Below are positions 1 to 12,603 of a DNA stretch of 64,000 bases, one piece after another (position 1 is the first letter of the stretch; every line of letters starts with the position of its first letter). This stretch comes from Picochlorum sp. SENEW3. Its lineage: Eukaryota. A model generated the notes under the pieces. It was not told the origin of the DNA, ran no database searches, and saw only the letters and a list, made by a program, of their open reading frames with translations. Location: the NCBI GenBank assembly GCA_034226945.1, contig CP120455.1, positions 62,001-126,000 on the forward strand, read 5' to 3'. The position numbers and the translations under genes were made by a program.

Positions 1-2181
1 CATGTCTAAGACTTCCTCTCGCAATTGTTCTTGTGTTGGCTTTGGGGCATCCTCAGCAAGTGCATCAGGGTCCTCATTTGATTTTCCCAAGCTAACGTTT
101 GCCCTTCCATCCGTCAGAAGGACCACCATAACACGCCCGACGTCTCCTCCTTGTCTAGCCTGTGTACCGAATCTGACGGCCAGGGAAAGTCCGTGGGCCA
201 AAGGTGAGCCTCCACCACATGGCAATGAATCGAGGCGTCTTCTAGCCATTGCAATGGATTTTGATGGGGGCAAAAGTACCTCTGCCTTGTCTCCATAGAA
301 TGGAATAAGAGACACGAAATCGCGTGACGTATATGACTCTGCCAGGAGGCGCATGACGGCACCTTTAGCTGCTGACATTCTGTTCAGGGCCATACTGCCA
401 GAGGCATCCACCACGAACATGACCAAGGCTCCCGCCTTTCGGGCAAGCCGTTTGCTTCTCATATCACTCCTTTCCACATACACGGGCTTGTCCGGCCCTC
501 CACGCTCAGCTTGTCTCCTTCTACGGGGCCCTTGGTATGGGGCAGCAGTTCGCAATGTAGCATCAACTGCAAGGCGTCTCACCTTTCCTTTTGGAAGCAT
601 AGGTTTGACATAGCGTCCTCTTTCCTCGCTGAATATGAGAGTTTTAGCTTTTCCTGTACGGCCCTGGGCTCTCTGCTGCTGTTGAGCAAACATGAGGACG
701 GATGGATCGAGAATGACACCCTCAGACTCAAACATGAATTCCTCTGGGATCTGATCTGGCTCGTCTTCCTGATCCTGATCATCGTCTTCGTCGTCTTCTG
801 GATCTTCCTCTTCCTCCTCGTTCTCCTGATCTTCCTCCTGCTGTTGATCTTCTGGTGGAGGAGGAGGTGGGGGTGGGGGCGGTTGCTCATCCTGGTCCTC
901 TGGAGGCGGCTGGTCTAACAGCACTGATCTTGGCAGGATGACTAATTGGACTGCTTTCTGCAAATCTTCTGGCTCTACCTTATCTCTACCATCTAGCGCA
1001 GCTGATGCCTTTGCTACTCGAACTGCAAAAATCTCAGACCTATGGCCCATCACTCCTCCACGCCTAGCCTCTTCGACCAAATACTTGACCTGCTTATCGG
1101 AAATTTCAACCTCTTCGAGATATTCTCTCGCAAAGATGACGCTAGACCTGAGCGCATCGGTGGTCTCTTCTGCCTGCTTGAGCACGTCCAGAGGAGAGTC
1201 CTGGAACCTTGTTGCTGCCTCCACAGCATCAACTCTTGTCTCGAATGTGTATGGCACATCTGCCGACAAAGTTATTGCTATTCTGTCCAACAAGTGCTCT
1301 CTCAAGGGGCCTTCCTCAGGATTATATGTTGCAAGAAGCAGCGGTTTGCAAGGATGCGAAATTGAAATACCTTCACGCTCGACGACATTCACTCCATCGG
1401 AAAGGATAGAAAGCAGCAAATTTGCAATTCCATCATCCAGCAAGTTGATCTCATCCACGTAGAGAATTCCTCTGTGGGCTTCTGCAAGCAATCCTGGCTG
1501 GAAGACTGGCTTGCCTGCCTTCATGGATGCCTCAATGTCTACCGTACCCACCAAGCGATCTTCGGTCACTCCAAGAGGGATCTGAATGAATGGCGGGTCC
1601 TTAATCTGCGTGGGGATCTTGTCCACCCCCGCAAGCTTCTCAGCCAGCCCGTCCTCCCACTCATCCTGGTTGTTGGGATCCGCATTGCACATACTGCCCT
1701 TGATAACCTCAATCGGTGGCAACAGTGCGTGCACTCCTCTTGCCATAATAGACTTGGCTGTACCTCTTCTCCCCGCAATGGCAATGCCTCCCAACCCATT
1801 GTCCACAGCTCCCAGCAGGAGTGCCTGCTTGATGTGATCCATACCCACCACCTCTGTGAGAGGATAGGTTCTCTGCATCCTCACAGACTTTGTGGGCTCG
1901 TAAGCAGCATCTTGCTCTGCCTCCATTTTCATCGCATCCAAAGCTGCATAGCAAATACATAGAGTCGGTCACGCTGTCCCAGTGGAGACGGTGTCTCACG
2001 TTACCATACCTCGTTGAGCAGCATCCTGCGTCTCAGCAGCAGCCTTACAAGGAACAATTGTAAGTTTTCTTCTTGATTGGCTATTTGCATGGCTACTACA
2101 GAAGGCAGTGCGCCCATTCTTCCTGAACTGGTGTCCAACACCACCGCATCCGCCTTGCAATCTCTGAGACAGGGGTGCCAT
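1..2181 (-). CDS. CHLD: Magnesium chelatase subunit D (3' end runs off the window); exons 2181-2010 and 1943-<1, intron 2009-1944
   Basis: Manual minus-strand translation gives a transit-peptide-like N-terminus ([11 protein letters not shown]...), AAA+ region ([18 protein letters not shown]), Pro/acidic linker and vWA region ([24 protein letters not shown]). The GT..AG intron keeps the frame. Not in the ORF track because there is no stop in the window. Confidence 0.95.
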
Positions 2182-2630
2182 GGCGAATACCGAATGATAC
2201 ACGTGTAGAAGAATAATAAATTATAAATTTTCACTTTTGCTGTGGCACATTGTCAAAGGTATCGGTGTTCCACCCGTGTGTCTTATCCAATCCTATCCTC
2301 TGTCGAACCAATCTCAGGACAAGAGTGGACAACATTTCGGGACAGATTCCAGATCTCCATGGAGATCTCTCTCCTCTCTTTCTGTCGTTGAACAAATCAA
2401 ACGTTGAAACACGAGGAGGGGACAACCACAGCTATATCAATATATTACTTCATAGGAAGTGAGCTAACGTAACCTCCATTGGACCCTGCTTTGAATACTT
2501 CTCTCGCCGAGTCTGTTGATCACTGTGTTTTCGGACTGCCCAGAGTTGTTGCATGGCGGAGTTTCGGCCTGTAGGAGCATATTGCTGTGGAGATTTGCAC
2601 ACATAATATCATAATATCAAGGGTTTTGAG

Positions 2631-4880
2631 ATGAATGGTTGCAGAGTTCAGCCTGGTTGGTTCAGGGTCCCACCACACTGGCGGAGGCTTGTTGGCTGTG
2701 GCCACCACGTTGGTGGCCTTTCGCGCCGCTGTCGGGCTATTCATGATCAGGGTGGTATCCAAAATGATACATTGCCCGATATATACTCTGAGGCTGCCAA
2801 CAAGCTGCAGCAGCTCAAAGAAGCAAGGAAGAATGCCATCGAGATGGACAGACCAGCTGCACAGTCTGAGAAGGAGTGGCAAGACGCCGATGCCCGCGAG
2901 AGGGATTTGCAGGATGAGGTCAACACGTCCCTGAAAAGATTGGAGGAGTCTTGTCAGGATCTTTTGGGCCTGGGCTTGGTGGATGACGTGGGGTCACCGG
3001 GAGAGGATATGGTGTTGCAGCACATGGCATTTCGGCTGAAACAGGTGCTGGAACACGAGAGAGCTGCGGGGAAAGACGTGCAAGTGTGGAAAGAATTTGA
3101 GGGCAATGTGTATGTGGATGCATTGAGGGGTTTGCCTGGCGGGAATCTGGGGCAGCAGATTGCATGCTGTTGCATTGATGAGCGGCCATACCTCGTAGCA
3201 TGTGTGGCGGTTGCCACGAACCCCTTCAAGGAGGGCTTTCCTCGGGGTTTGCTGCTGCATTGGAGTGTGACAGATCGAGCGGATGGAGAGTGGCACACCG
3301 ATATACCCCGAGGATGGCACACGTTTCCTGGCATTTCTCAGCCTTGTGGGAACAGAGCATGGGAGACAATGTTTGGGAATTACAGTCCTGTCTTGTCTGC
3401 GGATGGCACAGCATGTGTATCACATATATCTGTGGCGTCTGTGATTGCAATGATACCGATGGAAGGCTTTTTGGAGCAGGGTGGTGGCATTAAATTCGTT
3501 GTCAAACGAACAGATGGGGGCGGAGAGGTCTGGATCAAATCTCACCGAGGCGATGATTTGTACCTGGATATGGATACAGCAATCCGGTACCTGAATCCAC
3601 CTCAGCTGCAGCAGTCTATCAAGGGTGATGGCACAAAGACAAAATCTGCACTTTCGACCTCATTAGATGCTTCTAACACAGATGAGGATGTGCCTGGCGA
3701 CGATGCCCTGGTTGGGGGCATGGAGGAGGAAGAAGCAGAAGAGGAAGAGGAAGAAAGTTTGTCCGCATGGTCATGGGCCAGGGCCCTCGCAGAAGATATA
3801 ATTTCCGTGTCGACCGAAGTTAGATGTTCGTATGAGCCAAAGCATGCGTGGCTTCAACAGGTTCTGGCATGGAGGGAAGTCACAGACTTTGCAACTCACA
3901 GCGTCTCACAGTATGTCCAGGAAATTCGACTCCTTTTACAGTCTGTAGGGCAAAATAGCGATATTAGAGGGGCGAGGAAAGAGGAGTTATCAGAATTGCT
4001 CCGCCATCTCGGTGATGAGTGCACTCGGTTAGAAGATGGTGTCCAGTCTCTACATGCTGCTGAGATGACATCACGCCAGTTGCAGTTGGAGAAAGAAAGG
4101 CTTTGCGAATTGCGAGATTCAGCGATGAAGGAATCAAACAGGATGGAAAGCGAATTGCAACGCTGTGTGGGGGAGACGAGGAGGATGCTGGTCCAGGATG
4201 CAGGACGGGACAGCGAAGTGATTCTGAAGGATCTGGGCCAACTCTGCAAAAGTCAAGTGTTGGGAGATGGCAAAAGGGGGCTATTCAAGAGCTTTTTGAG
4301 AGAATCTGAACCTTCGTATGCCCATATTTTCGTATCGGAGGCCACCGATAAGGTTCAAGGCATTGATGCTCACGTGGTATCACATGTCTATTTGGAGGGT
4401 GACGCAGCGGCTGTGAGGGATGCTCTGCAGGACACCGACGAGGAACGCGACGAAACTGCCGCGGCGGCCTCATCCAATAGAATAAAGGCGTCTCCATTTG
4501 AGGCAGTGGTTGTCTCAATTTGTTTCGGGGAAGACTTCCCAGGTAAGATCTCAAACTCAAAGCTGCTCCTTCACCATGGCTTGGTGTCCGGCAGGCACGG
4601 CAAATGGCAGCAGTTGCCCAAGGGCAGCGACATTCCCATACAGCGACGCGGAGAGTCGACGGAGACATCCGTAGATTTCGAGGCGTATGTTCTCCAGCAC
4701 ACATCAGGGAAGCCCGTGTTTGTCGAACCCATTCTCCGCGGAGTGTGCCTCAGGTTTCCCGTAGAGGAGCTCAGGTCCAAACGATTACGGGGTATGGAAT
4801 TTGTCTTATTTAGCCGGGAAACTTGGCTGCAGAAGGAGGGTGGAGAAAACTTCTATGTCGAGTTTCCATTGATACCATGA
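2631..4880 (+). CDS. Putative plastid-targeted protein with two CBM45-like starch-binding modules flanking an acidic/coiled-coil region
   Basis: 749-aa ORF. Arg-rich N-terminus. Two motif sets resemble CBM45 of GWD/AMY3: LLLHWSV..GEW...IKFVVK..WIK..GDDLYL and LLLHHGL..GKW...MEFVL..TWLQKEGGENFYVEF. No catalytic domain recognised. Confidence 0.6.
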   Translation: MNGCRVQPGWFRVPPHWRRLVGCGHHVGGLSRRCRAIHDQGGIQNDTLPDIYSEAANKLQQLKEARKNAIEMDRPAAQSEKEWQDADARERDLQDEVNTSLKRLEESCQDLLGLGLVDDVGSPGEDMVLQHMAFRLKQVLEHERAAGKDVQVWKEFEGNVYVDALRGLPGGNLGQQIACCCIDERPYLVACVAVATNPFKEGFPRGLLLHWSVTDRADGEWHTDIPRGWHTFPGISQPCGNRAWETMFGNYSPVLSADGTACVSHISVASVIAMIPMEGFLEQGGGIKFVVKRTDGGGEVWIKSHRGDDLYLDMDTAIRYLNPPQLQQSIKGDGTKTKSALSTSLDASNTDEDVPGDDALVGGMEEEEAEEEEEESLSAWSWARALAEDIISVSTEVRCSYEPKHAWLQQVLAWREVTDFATHSVSQYVQEIRLLLQSVGQNSDIRGARKEELSELLRHLGDECTRLEDGVQSLHAAEMTSRQLQLEKERLCELRDSAMKESNRMESELQRCVGETRRMLVQDAGRDSEVILKDLGQLCKSQVLGDGKRGLFKSFLRESEPSYAHIFVSEATDKVQGIDAHVVSHVYLEGDAAAVRDALQDTDEERDETAAAASSNRIKASPFEAVVVSICFGEDFPGKISNSKLLLHHGLVSGRHGKWQQLPKGSDIPIQRRGESTETSVDFEAYVLQHTSGKPVFVEPILRGVCLRFPVEELRSKRLRGMEFVLFSRETWLQKEGGENFYVEFPLIP

Positions 4881-4929
4881 TAGCAGTGATATTAACGAAT
4901 TTGAAAACGAATCATCTCGTCAAGAGTGG

Positions 4930-7335
4930 TCAAGGCACAGCTTCTGGAGCTGGGTTTGTAACATCTTTCTGCTCACCTAGTGCCTCCTTGCCAAATATCA
5001 AGTCTTTAATTTCTTGTTGTGTCAGCGTCTCCTGCTTTAAGAGGGCTTGTGCTAAGATGTGTAGTTCTCTTTCTTTGTCTTTGAGAAGCCCTTTCACTCT
5101 GCTGTACGAGTCTCTGAGAAAATTGCCAACTTCATCATCAGCATCCTTATTCAGGGATGCCCCCCTTTGCTCTGGCGACGACAGCGCTATGGGTCCTATT
5201 TTATCGCTCATGCCGCAGTCTTCTACCATATGCCGGGCCATTCGCGTGGCTGATTTGAGATCGGAGGTGGCCCCAGACGTCACAAAGTCTGATCCAAATA
5301 TCATTTCCTCGGCCACCTTGCCTCCCATACAGACATCTATATGTGCCACCATTTGCTGTTTGGTTGTGCTATATTCGTCTTTATCAGGCACCTGACTCAC
5401 CATTCCGAGTGCATGGCCCCTAGGGACGATCGTGGCCTTGTGGATTGGCTTGGCGCCAGGTGTGAACAGAGCAACCAGTGCATGGCCACCCTCGTGGTAG
5501 GCAGTAAGCCGCCTCGCCTCGACGCTCTGCGACAGGGCACGAGGAGAACCCATCAGTATTTTGTCTCGAGCCTCGTCCAAACAGTCCTCCGTGATTTCGT
5601 CCAGATCCTTTGTGGCAGCCATCAAGGCAGCTTCATTGACCATATTGAACAAATCAGCGCCAGAAAACCCAGGAGTCCTTCTCGCGAGCAACTCCGAATC
5701 TACCTTTGAATTGACAGGCTTATTGGATAAATACAAGTCTAATACACCTTTTCTACCTTGCACGTCCGGCAGAGCAACCGCCACGTGCCGGTCAAACCGT
5801 CCTGGTCGAGTCAACGCAGCATCCAGCATTTCGGGCAAATTCGTAGCCGCAATAACAACGACCCCCGAGTTCTCCTCAAACCCATCCATCTCTGTCAAGA
5901 GTTGATTCAGCGTCTTTCTAGACCCCCCTGAAGCTTCATAATTTGATCTCGTTCCTCCCACTGCATCAATCTCGTCGATAAAGACAATGCATGGTGCTTT
6001 CTTCTTGGCGGCAGCAAATAATGACCTCACTCGTCTGGAGCCGACGCCGACGAACATTTCATCAAATTCAGATCCAGATTTATAAAAGAAGGGAACATCT
6101 GCCTCCCCTGCCACTGCCCTGGCCAACAACGTCTTTCCAGTCCCTGGAGGACCGGTAAGCAAAACGCCTTTTGGCAACTTGCCTCCTAATTTCACAAATT
6201 TCTCCGGCTTCTTCAAGTATTCCACTATTTCTTTGAGTTCATGGATTGCCTCGTCGCATCCTTTTACATCGGCAAATGTCTTGATGGATTTCTGAGGCAT
6301 GTTCTCCTTGGCATACTCTTTGGGCTCCAGGCTGGTCGCCATGGGCGCTTCCATCCCAGTGCTTGCGACCCTGCCTGCCGTGTACCTTCTCGCAGTCACA
6401 GCTCCGATCATCCACATAAACCCAACAATGGCGATAGTGGCGAAGAACCAGAACCAGCTCTGGAGAGCCGTGGGCTGACCAGCGCCAATGCCCTTGGCCG
6501 TGTCCACGGCAATGTGAAGGGGCCACACGGCAGATTCCCCAGGCTTGCACTCCGTTGGATCCCCATCCGCAGCTCGGATCAAATCCTTCAATAGCACTTG
6601 CAACGACGTATAACTCTGGTGCTCCCCACGCAGCACCACTCCATCCCCATATGCATCAATCCTCCCAGTTTTGACCAATGCCACCAAGTATTCCTTGACC
6701 AAGTCCGCATTAACCACCATAGTCTCCTCACCTTCACGAGCCACCAGGCACTCGCTCTCGAAAAACTCGACCACCGCGTCCGACTGGCCCTTGCCATTCA
6801 TGTCCCTCAACACCTTGGCAACCTTGTCCACCTCCACCTCTCCCCTCTCATACGCCTCTCTCACATCCTTCAGCACCGACTGAGGACTCTTCAGCATGCT
6901 CTGAATCCGACGCACCAACCACAACATGGGCACAACCACCATGTACCTGACGGGCAAAACAATGGACAGCCGAGCCATGTCGATGAGAGAGTTCAGCACC
7001 GCAGCACCCCTGTACTTCTCAGGATCCACCCACTCCCTCCGCTTCGGAACCAATACATCAATCTGTTCTTGTTCCACCTCGCCCTCACCAGAGTCCTGCG
7101 TGGCTGTGACCACCAACGCTTGTCCCCTCCTCCAGCCCAGGGAGCCACTCCTCCTCTCGCCCCCACCCACTCCCCAATGCCTGGTGGTAATGGCGCCTCT
7201 TCTTCTGTTTATACATAAAGCAATGTCAGAGTGACGGCGCATTGACCATTGGAGTCCTCCAGTGGAGTGTCGTAGGGTCGAATGGACTCTGACTCCAACA
7301 CAGGGCCGCGCAGTCATTCGAACCATGTCATTCAT
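4930..7335 (-). CDS. FtsH-family AAA+ zinc metalloprotease (i-AAA/FtsH4/FtsH11/YME1-like)
   Basis: [13 protein letters not shown]alker A, IVFIDEID Walker B, SRH (RPGRFD), HEGGH zinc motif, single TM segment before the AAA domain. Confidence 0.95.
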   Translation of the reverse strand: MNDMVRMTARPCVGVRVHSTLRHSTGGLQWSMRRHSDIALCINRRRGAITTRHWGVGGGERRSGSLGWRRGQALVVTATQDSGEGEVEQEQIDVLVPKRREWVDPEKYRGAAVLNSLIDMARLSIVLPVRYMVVVPMLWLVRRIQSMLKSPQSVLKDVREAYERGEVEVDKVAKVLRDMNGKGQSDAVVEFFESECLVAREGEETMVVNADLVKEYLVALVKTGRIDAYGDGVVLRGEHQSYTSLQVLLKDLIRAADGDPTECKPGESAVWPLHIAVDTAKGIGAGQPTALQSWFWFFATIAIVGFMWMIGAVTARRYTAGRVASTGMEAPMATSLEPKEYAKENMPQKSIKTFADVKGCDEAIHELKEIVEYLKKPEKFVKLGGKLPKGVLLTGPPGTGKTLLARAVAGEADVPFFYKSGSEFDEMFVGVGSRRVRSLFAAAKKKAPCIVFIDEIDAVGGTRSNYEASGGSRKTLNQLLTEMDGFEENSGVVVIAATNLPEMLDAALTRPGRFDRHVAVALPDVQGRKGVLDLYLSNKPVNSKVDSELLARRTPGFSGADLFNMVNEAALMAATKDLDEITEDCLDEARDKILMGSPRALSQSVEARRLTAYHEGGHALVALFTPGAKPIHKATIVPRGHALGMVSQVPDKDEYSTTKQQMVAHIDVCMGGKVAEEMIFGSDFVTSGATSDLKSATRMARHMVEDCGMSDKIGPIALSSPEQRGASLNKDADDEVGNFLRDSYSRVKGLLKDKERELHILAQALLKQETLTQQEIKDLIFGKEALGEQKDVTNPAPEAVP

Positions 7336-7494
7336 ACACTGTATATCATGAGACGCATGAAATTATTCACCAATGAATTCATTCATCAGTGGAACAGGTT
7401 TTCATGATATGAGATCTCTCTCCTCTCTGCCAGGGTGTTTTAGAGATCTCATGAGACTGGAACGTGGCTGGTTGGCGTCATTTTGAAACGAAAC

Positions 7495-10204
7495 ATGGAG
7501 ACCAGAAAATCACAGTTGGATAGGGAGGATATAAAAGCCGTTTTAGAGGCACAGCGTGCTAAAATAGCAGCTCTACAGCGGAGAGAGCGACACCAACGAC
7601 CTTCGGATGATCCGCGTGGTTCTGAGGGAGAGAGGCCGAGTGGTACATTGACGGATAATCCAGTGTTTGCAAAGGGTGCGGGAGGCGATGTGGAAGCGGG
7701 GGACGTGGCCAGAGGGGTGCAGGCCATGAAGGAGTGTTTGGTGGAAGGTCAGTATGGTCACCCTGGCATGCCAGAGTATCCGGTGGGGAGTTTGTTCACG
7801 GCGAGAGGGGAAGACGAGGGGGATTCCCTGGCATTTCTGCAAGCCTGCGAGGGTCATCACGGGGGCCCTTTGATGAGCTGTGCCATGCTGCCGCCTCAGA
7901 TGCAGGAGCGCATGTTGTGTGAGGATTTGTTGAGCTCATTTGAAGGGTTCCAGGGCAACTGGATACGGTTTCGTTTCGAAGAAGATGCTGTGGGCCGGCA
8001 CGATTTGAGGTATTCGTTTGGTTGCGAGGCCGAGTTGGATCCATCCATGAGGGAGATGGTGACAAAGATGGTCCCTTTGAGCAAGTATGTGATGATGGTG
8101 AGGCGGTTTTCCGAGACCAAGAATGCGTACACATCCGGATTGGTGAATCAGGCCCTGGCTGGGGCGATGCGTGGGATGCTGCTGGATTGGGATTTGATGG
8201 TTGCTCAGATTGAGAGCCAGCTTCGGTCAGGGAAATCATTCACGCTGCAAGCGCTCTGGTACTATGTGCAATCTCCCTTGACAGCGTTTCAACTCGTGGC
8301 TAAAATAGCGTCTGATATCTGCAGCAGGAAATTAAGAGGCGCGGACGTCCTTTCGTACCTTCATGACAAGGCAGACAAGGTCATTGGCGATCCTCTGGCA
8401 CGCAAGTTCATGTCCCGAATACTGGCGACGACGACAGAGCCGTATTTTGACATGCTCGAGAAATGGATGTGTGATGCGCGTATTGATGATCCATATGGAG
8501 AGTTCGTTGTGAAGGAGAACCTGGGGATTGGCATGGGCGACCTGGAGACGGAGAGAGCATCATCCTATTGGACAGACAAGTTCACCATCCGATACGAGGA
8601 CGGTGCGCCGTGCGTCCCTGTGTTTCTGAGAAATTGTTTGAAAGAAATATTGAATACTGGAAAGTATTTGGATTTGGTTCGAACGTGTGGACATGCCCCA
8701 GACAGGCCGCTGGCACGAGGGGTGAGGCTCGAGTATGACGAGGAAGGCACATACTTGTTACGGATCAAAGAGGCATACGAGACTGCTTCGAGGGCGGCTG
8801 TACAGGAGTTACACGAGCATAATGTTTTGCATGGGTTGGAAGGTCTGAAAAAGTACTTTCTTACCGCTCAGGGAGACTTGTTTCTGGCGTTCATGGATGC
8901 TGGCGATATTGACTTGAAGTCTGCAAACATTCCCATGCAGCAGCTGCAAGACGTTCTGCAACTCTCGGTAGAGGCTTGCAGTGTATCCTCAGATCCTATG
9001 GCATCTTCTCTGGAGATTGTATACGGCTCGAAATCGTTGCATCAGTTGATGCTGGATTTGACCAGGAGTGCCAGAACAAGTGATGCCCATCTAGATTCAA
9101 CGAGGTCCCAGGTACGTATGTATGCATTGTTGCCACGTCCGTCTTTCCAAGTGCACTTATCGCATTTATTTTGTTTTCATGTGTAGCTGCGGCCGATCCA
9201 TTCCATGTCAGTGTCGGCCACAGAAAAGTCAAAGATGCCAGCCAGGAATCTGGCCATGCTGTATTACAGAGTGCCCTGGCCGCTGGTCGTTGTCGCTCCC
9301 GATTCAGCCATCGCACAGTATCAAGCGTTTTTCAAGCACCTGTTTGATTTAAAATGGGTCGAACGGGAGCTGAACAAGACGTGCAAGTTGTACCAGAGCA
9401 CTCGCATGTTGGCAAATTTTGAGAGAAGGGCGGCAAGGCGTCTCTCCACAGGCGGCGTGAATCCTCCACCGGAATCCATGACATCGAGCAAGGCGATGCA
9501 GAATCTAATGCTGGCGTACAACACGTGTCAGACCATGGTCCACTTCTTTCGACAATATTTGCTGTATTCATCGTTTGAACTGCTGGACCCCCTATGGAAA
9601 GCGCTGGAAGATGACCTGAAGAAGAGCTCCAACGTCGACGAAATGATGGAACATCATATGATGTTCCTGGAGAGGGCCATGAAAGGGCTCTTCCTATCCA
9701 GGAAGTTGAAGCTGCCGCCAGCTCTCTTTAAAGTCGAAGAGCTGGCACTTGATTTCGTAAAACTGACGTCCAAGCACCTAGATATAGACTATATAGCGCT
9801 CGATAGGGCAGCAGAGAGCTCTGTGGAGTTGGACAATTTGAAAGGGCGCGCTGCTGAAGCCGAGAAGAGGCGCTACAAGGCTAGGAGGGTCCGTGCTGTG
9901 GTTGACGCCGCATTGACCAATCCGTTGTACGAGACACAACTGAGGTACGGAGATTGTACGCCCGCGCTTGCGACAGCATGCCCTCCGCATTTACGTTTGT
10001 GCTGGTGATATTTTGTGCAGGGAGTTGTCGGTGCATTTCAAAACCAGGTGCAGGGACTTTTTGTCCCTGCTGGTCGATGCCTACCAAGATGCCAAAAAAT
10101 CCAAGCAGGGCTCACGGGAAGATTTGGAGTCACTTTCAAATCTGATTGATCGTCTCGACTTTAACGGATATTTTGAGAATACTGGGCTCAGAAAAAAAGC
10201 GTGA
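7495..10204 (+). CDS. GCP2: Gamma-tubulin complex component (Spc97/GCP2-like); exons 7495-9111, 9187-9944, 10021-10204
   Basis: Spc97/98-type motifs (GLVNQAL, TLQALWYY, DDPYGEF, ILNTGKYL, YFLTAQGD, YRVPWPL, RLDFNGY). Three ORFs join in frame through GT..AG introns 9112-9186 and 9945-10020. Confidence 0.88.
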
Positions 10205-10250
10205 ATTATACCCCCTACCAGTAGAGGTACAAATTGTTGCTGTTCGACAC

Positions 10251-11321
10251 ATGGGACAGTGCTGTTGCAAACCGGCGAAGAATGCGGCAGATATTGTTAT
10301 AGATGGCGATGATTATGAAGGACCAGACGAATTTTGGGACGCTCGTTCCGAATTGTCGGTGGCAAGTTTTGTGTCGTCGCGATCCTTCTGCGCAGACGAG
10401 CCTCACTCTCCTGCCCAAGGCGCAACGGACGATCCAGACGTCAAGATTGCCTTGCATGATGCGTTAAAATTGAAAAATGAGGCAAAAGTATTGGGAGCCC
10501 GCAGGAGATTGTTGGAGATGGGGGACCGTGCCTTCTGGGAGACCCAAGTAGGCAACGAGGCCGTGGTGAGAATCTTTCATCAGGCATCGCTGGTGGATCA
10601 TGCGTTGGCTGATATGCACAAAGACGATGCCTACATGGTATCACGAGAGCATCCATTGAAGATATTGTACAAACACGAGCAAGGCGGGACGGCCCACTCC
10701 ATCAAGATCAAATGTCTCCTCAAGCACCCAATCTCGCATGTGGTGAGCATCCCCTACGAATGGGATTTGCTTCCTACGTGGAACAAATATGCGATGGACA
10801 CGATAAAGTTTGATGGAGGAGCCATGTACGAAGCGCTCGTGTACGGTGCCTCTTGGATGATTCCGCCTTTCAAAGACTTCCAGGCGTTTCTGAGGGCATC
10901 AGGCGTCGACGTCTCACACGAAGCCGGGTGCCTCGCCATCATCGTGGAAGACTCCGAGAGGGAGATTACTCGTGACTACGAATTGCCCAAAAAAGTGCAT
11001 GAGAGGCGTGTCGTGAATTTTGAGGAGGGAAGTTACATCATTTTGAGGCCTGTGTTTGAGGAAGATGGAAACGAACACACTGATGCAGTGCTCTGTGTTC
11101 ATATGGATCCACACATCAAAGGTGTGCCTGCAGCACTGGTGAATTTTGCACTCCATGTGTTCGCCCCATACTTGTTCAGGCAGATGGATAAAACCCTCAC
11201 AGACATCTTCCACGGCGATGACACGTACAGCAAAAGAATGCAGGCAACGCCAGAGGTCTACCAACTCATCGACAAAGCGGTGAATAATATTCGGCACACA
11301 ATGCACGTTGCGTGTTCTTGA
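10251..11321 (+). CDS. START/Bet v1-like lipid-binding protein with N-terminal acylation motif and FFAT-like motif
   Basis: Likely start MGQCCCK at 10251; acidic tract followed by EFWDARSE; START-like core (EWDLLPTWN; HMDPHIKGVPAALVNF). Confidence 0.6.
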   Translation: MGQCCCKPAKNAADIVIDGDDYEGPDEFWDARSELSVASFVSSRSFCADEPHSPAQGATDDPDVKIALHDALKLKNEAKVLGARRRLLEMGDRAFWETQVGNEAVVRIFHQASLVDHALADMHKDDAYMVSREHPLKILYKHEQGGTAHSIKIKCLLKHPISHVVSIPYEWDLLPTWNKYAMDTIKFDGGAMYEALVYGASWMIPPFKDFQAFLRASGVDVSHEAGCLAIIVEDSEREITRDYELPKKVHERRVVNFEEGSYIILRPVFEEDGNEHTDAVLCVHMDPHIKGVPAALVNFALHVFAPYLFRQMDKTLTDIFHGDDTYSKRMQATPEVYQLIDKAVNNIRHTMHVACS

Positions 11322-11345
11322 TTGAATTAATTAGAGATATTGTAA

Positions 11346-12361
11346 TTATTGATATGTCTTTTTCAAGTAGTCGATGATCGCCGCGCTCTCAAACATGGCG
11401 ACTCCGGCGTTGTCATCCACAAGACAAGGAGCCTGAAAGTGCCCATACTTGGAAAACAAGGCATTCCTCTTTGGGCTTCCGCGCGCGCAGTTCACGAGCA
11501 CATAGGGAAGAGCGAGCTCGCTCAAAACCTCCCGAACCACTGCGCAGAACGGACTCGCCTCGTACGCCCAAAATACCAGCGGTTTCTGAGGCGTCGCAGC
11601 AGCGGCCCCAGAGAATGTCGTCCCCTTTCCTTTGCGGAGGGACATTGCCAGCCTGAGCGTCAGGTCCGAAATCGAATTGCTCTTCAACATCATTGGAATC
11701 TTATTCGGATTTCCATAGGTGACGAACAGATACTCGACAATGTCGGACCCCGTCACCGTCATCCCAGACGAGGGGTCCACTATGGCGGGACCAGACCAGG
11801 TCCCCTGCCCCGCCATCCCGCTCCATGCAGGCCCACCCACGGGGCACGGGTACACGAGGGCGTCCAAATCCAAGATGGACAAAGCTTCCCGCACCCTCTT
11901 ACATTCACCACAGTCCTGCATGTCATACAAGATGAGCGGTTCCCTCGGCTTGGCGAACCTGGACAGGGTGCTGGTCCCCTCCACAGTCTGCCACGCGCCA
12001 ATCTTTGCCACGGCATAGTCCCCCTCGTTCTCCGCCACCGTCTTCTCCAGACCAATTCTATATCCATCCACCAGGGCCCCGCTCCCAAGCCTGAGGACGG
12101 TCACCGCCGCTGTCTTGGCAATCTGCACACACAACAAGGGGAGCATAATATGAGTGGTCAGCAGCCTCGGCTCCACATGGTACACACTCGCACCTCTGCC
12201 AATTGCCCCTCTGCCACAGCAAACCTTTGAGGCGTCGGCCCCGTCAGTACCGCGTCATTTGAATTCGAAGAGGCACGGGTGGCCATGCCACATGTCCTTG
12301 TGTTCACAGATCGCCCTGTGAAGCAGGGTCGCGATCCAATACTGGCCGACGCGTGCATCAT
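11346..12361 (-). CDS. Plastid thioredoxin-fold protein with tandem GST-N/glutaredoxin-like domains; exons 12361-12194 and 12122-11346
   Basis: LYDMQDCGECKRVRE and AYEASPFCAVVRE...APCLVD..MFESAAIIDYL repeats; transit-peptide-like exon joined in frame via intron 12193-12123. Confidence 0.85.
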
Positions 12362-12603
12362 GAATTGTTTGATGCTATTCTGTTTGTATTCCAACAGGGT
12401 AGGTAGGGAGGCACACACACATTTGTGTATTTTGGGTGACATTGCATCGGCCAGGTTTGAACCGCCAATTGGCAATCGCGATATCGCGATCGATCGGGTG
12501 GTTGAAAATTTCTTTTTAAACAAGGAAGTTTTTGGTATGGCCAAATGCACCCAACAGCCTCCTTTCATTGAAGAATAATAAAACAACACAAGAGCCGAGT
12601 AGA

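Noticed and set aside
511..918. Hydrophobic membrane-like ORF on the + strand
   Set aside because: Antisense of the acidic/proline linker of CHLD.
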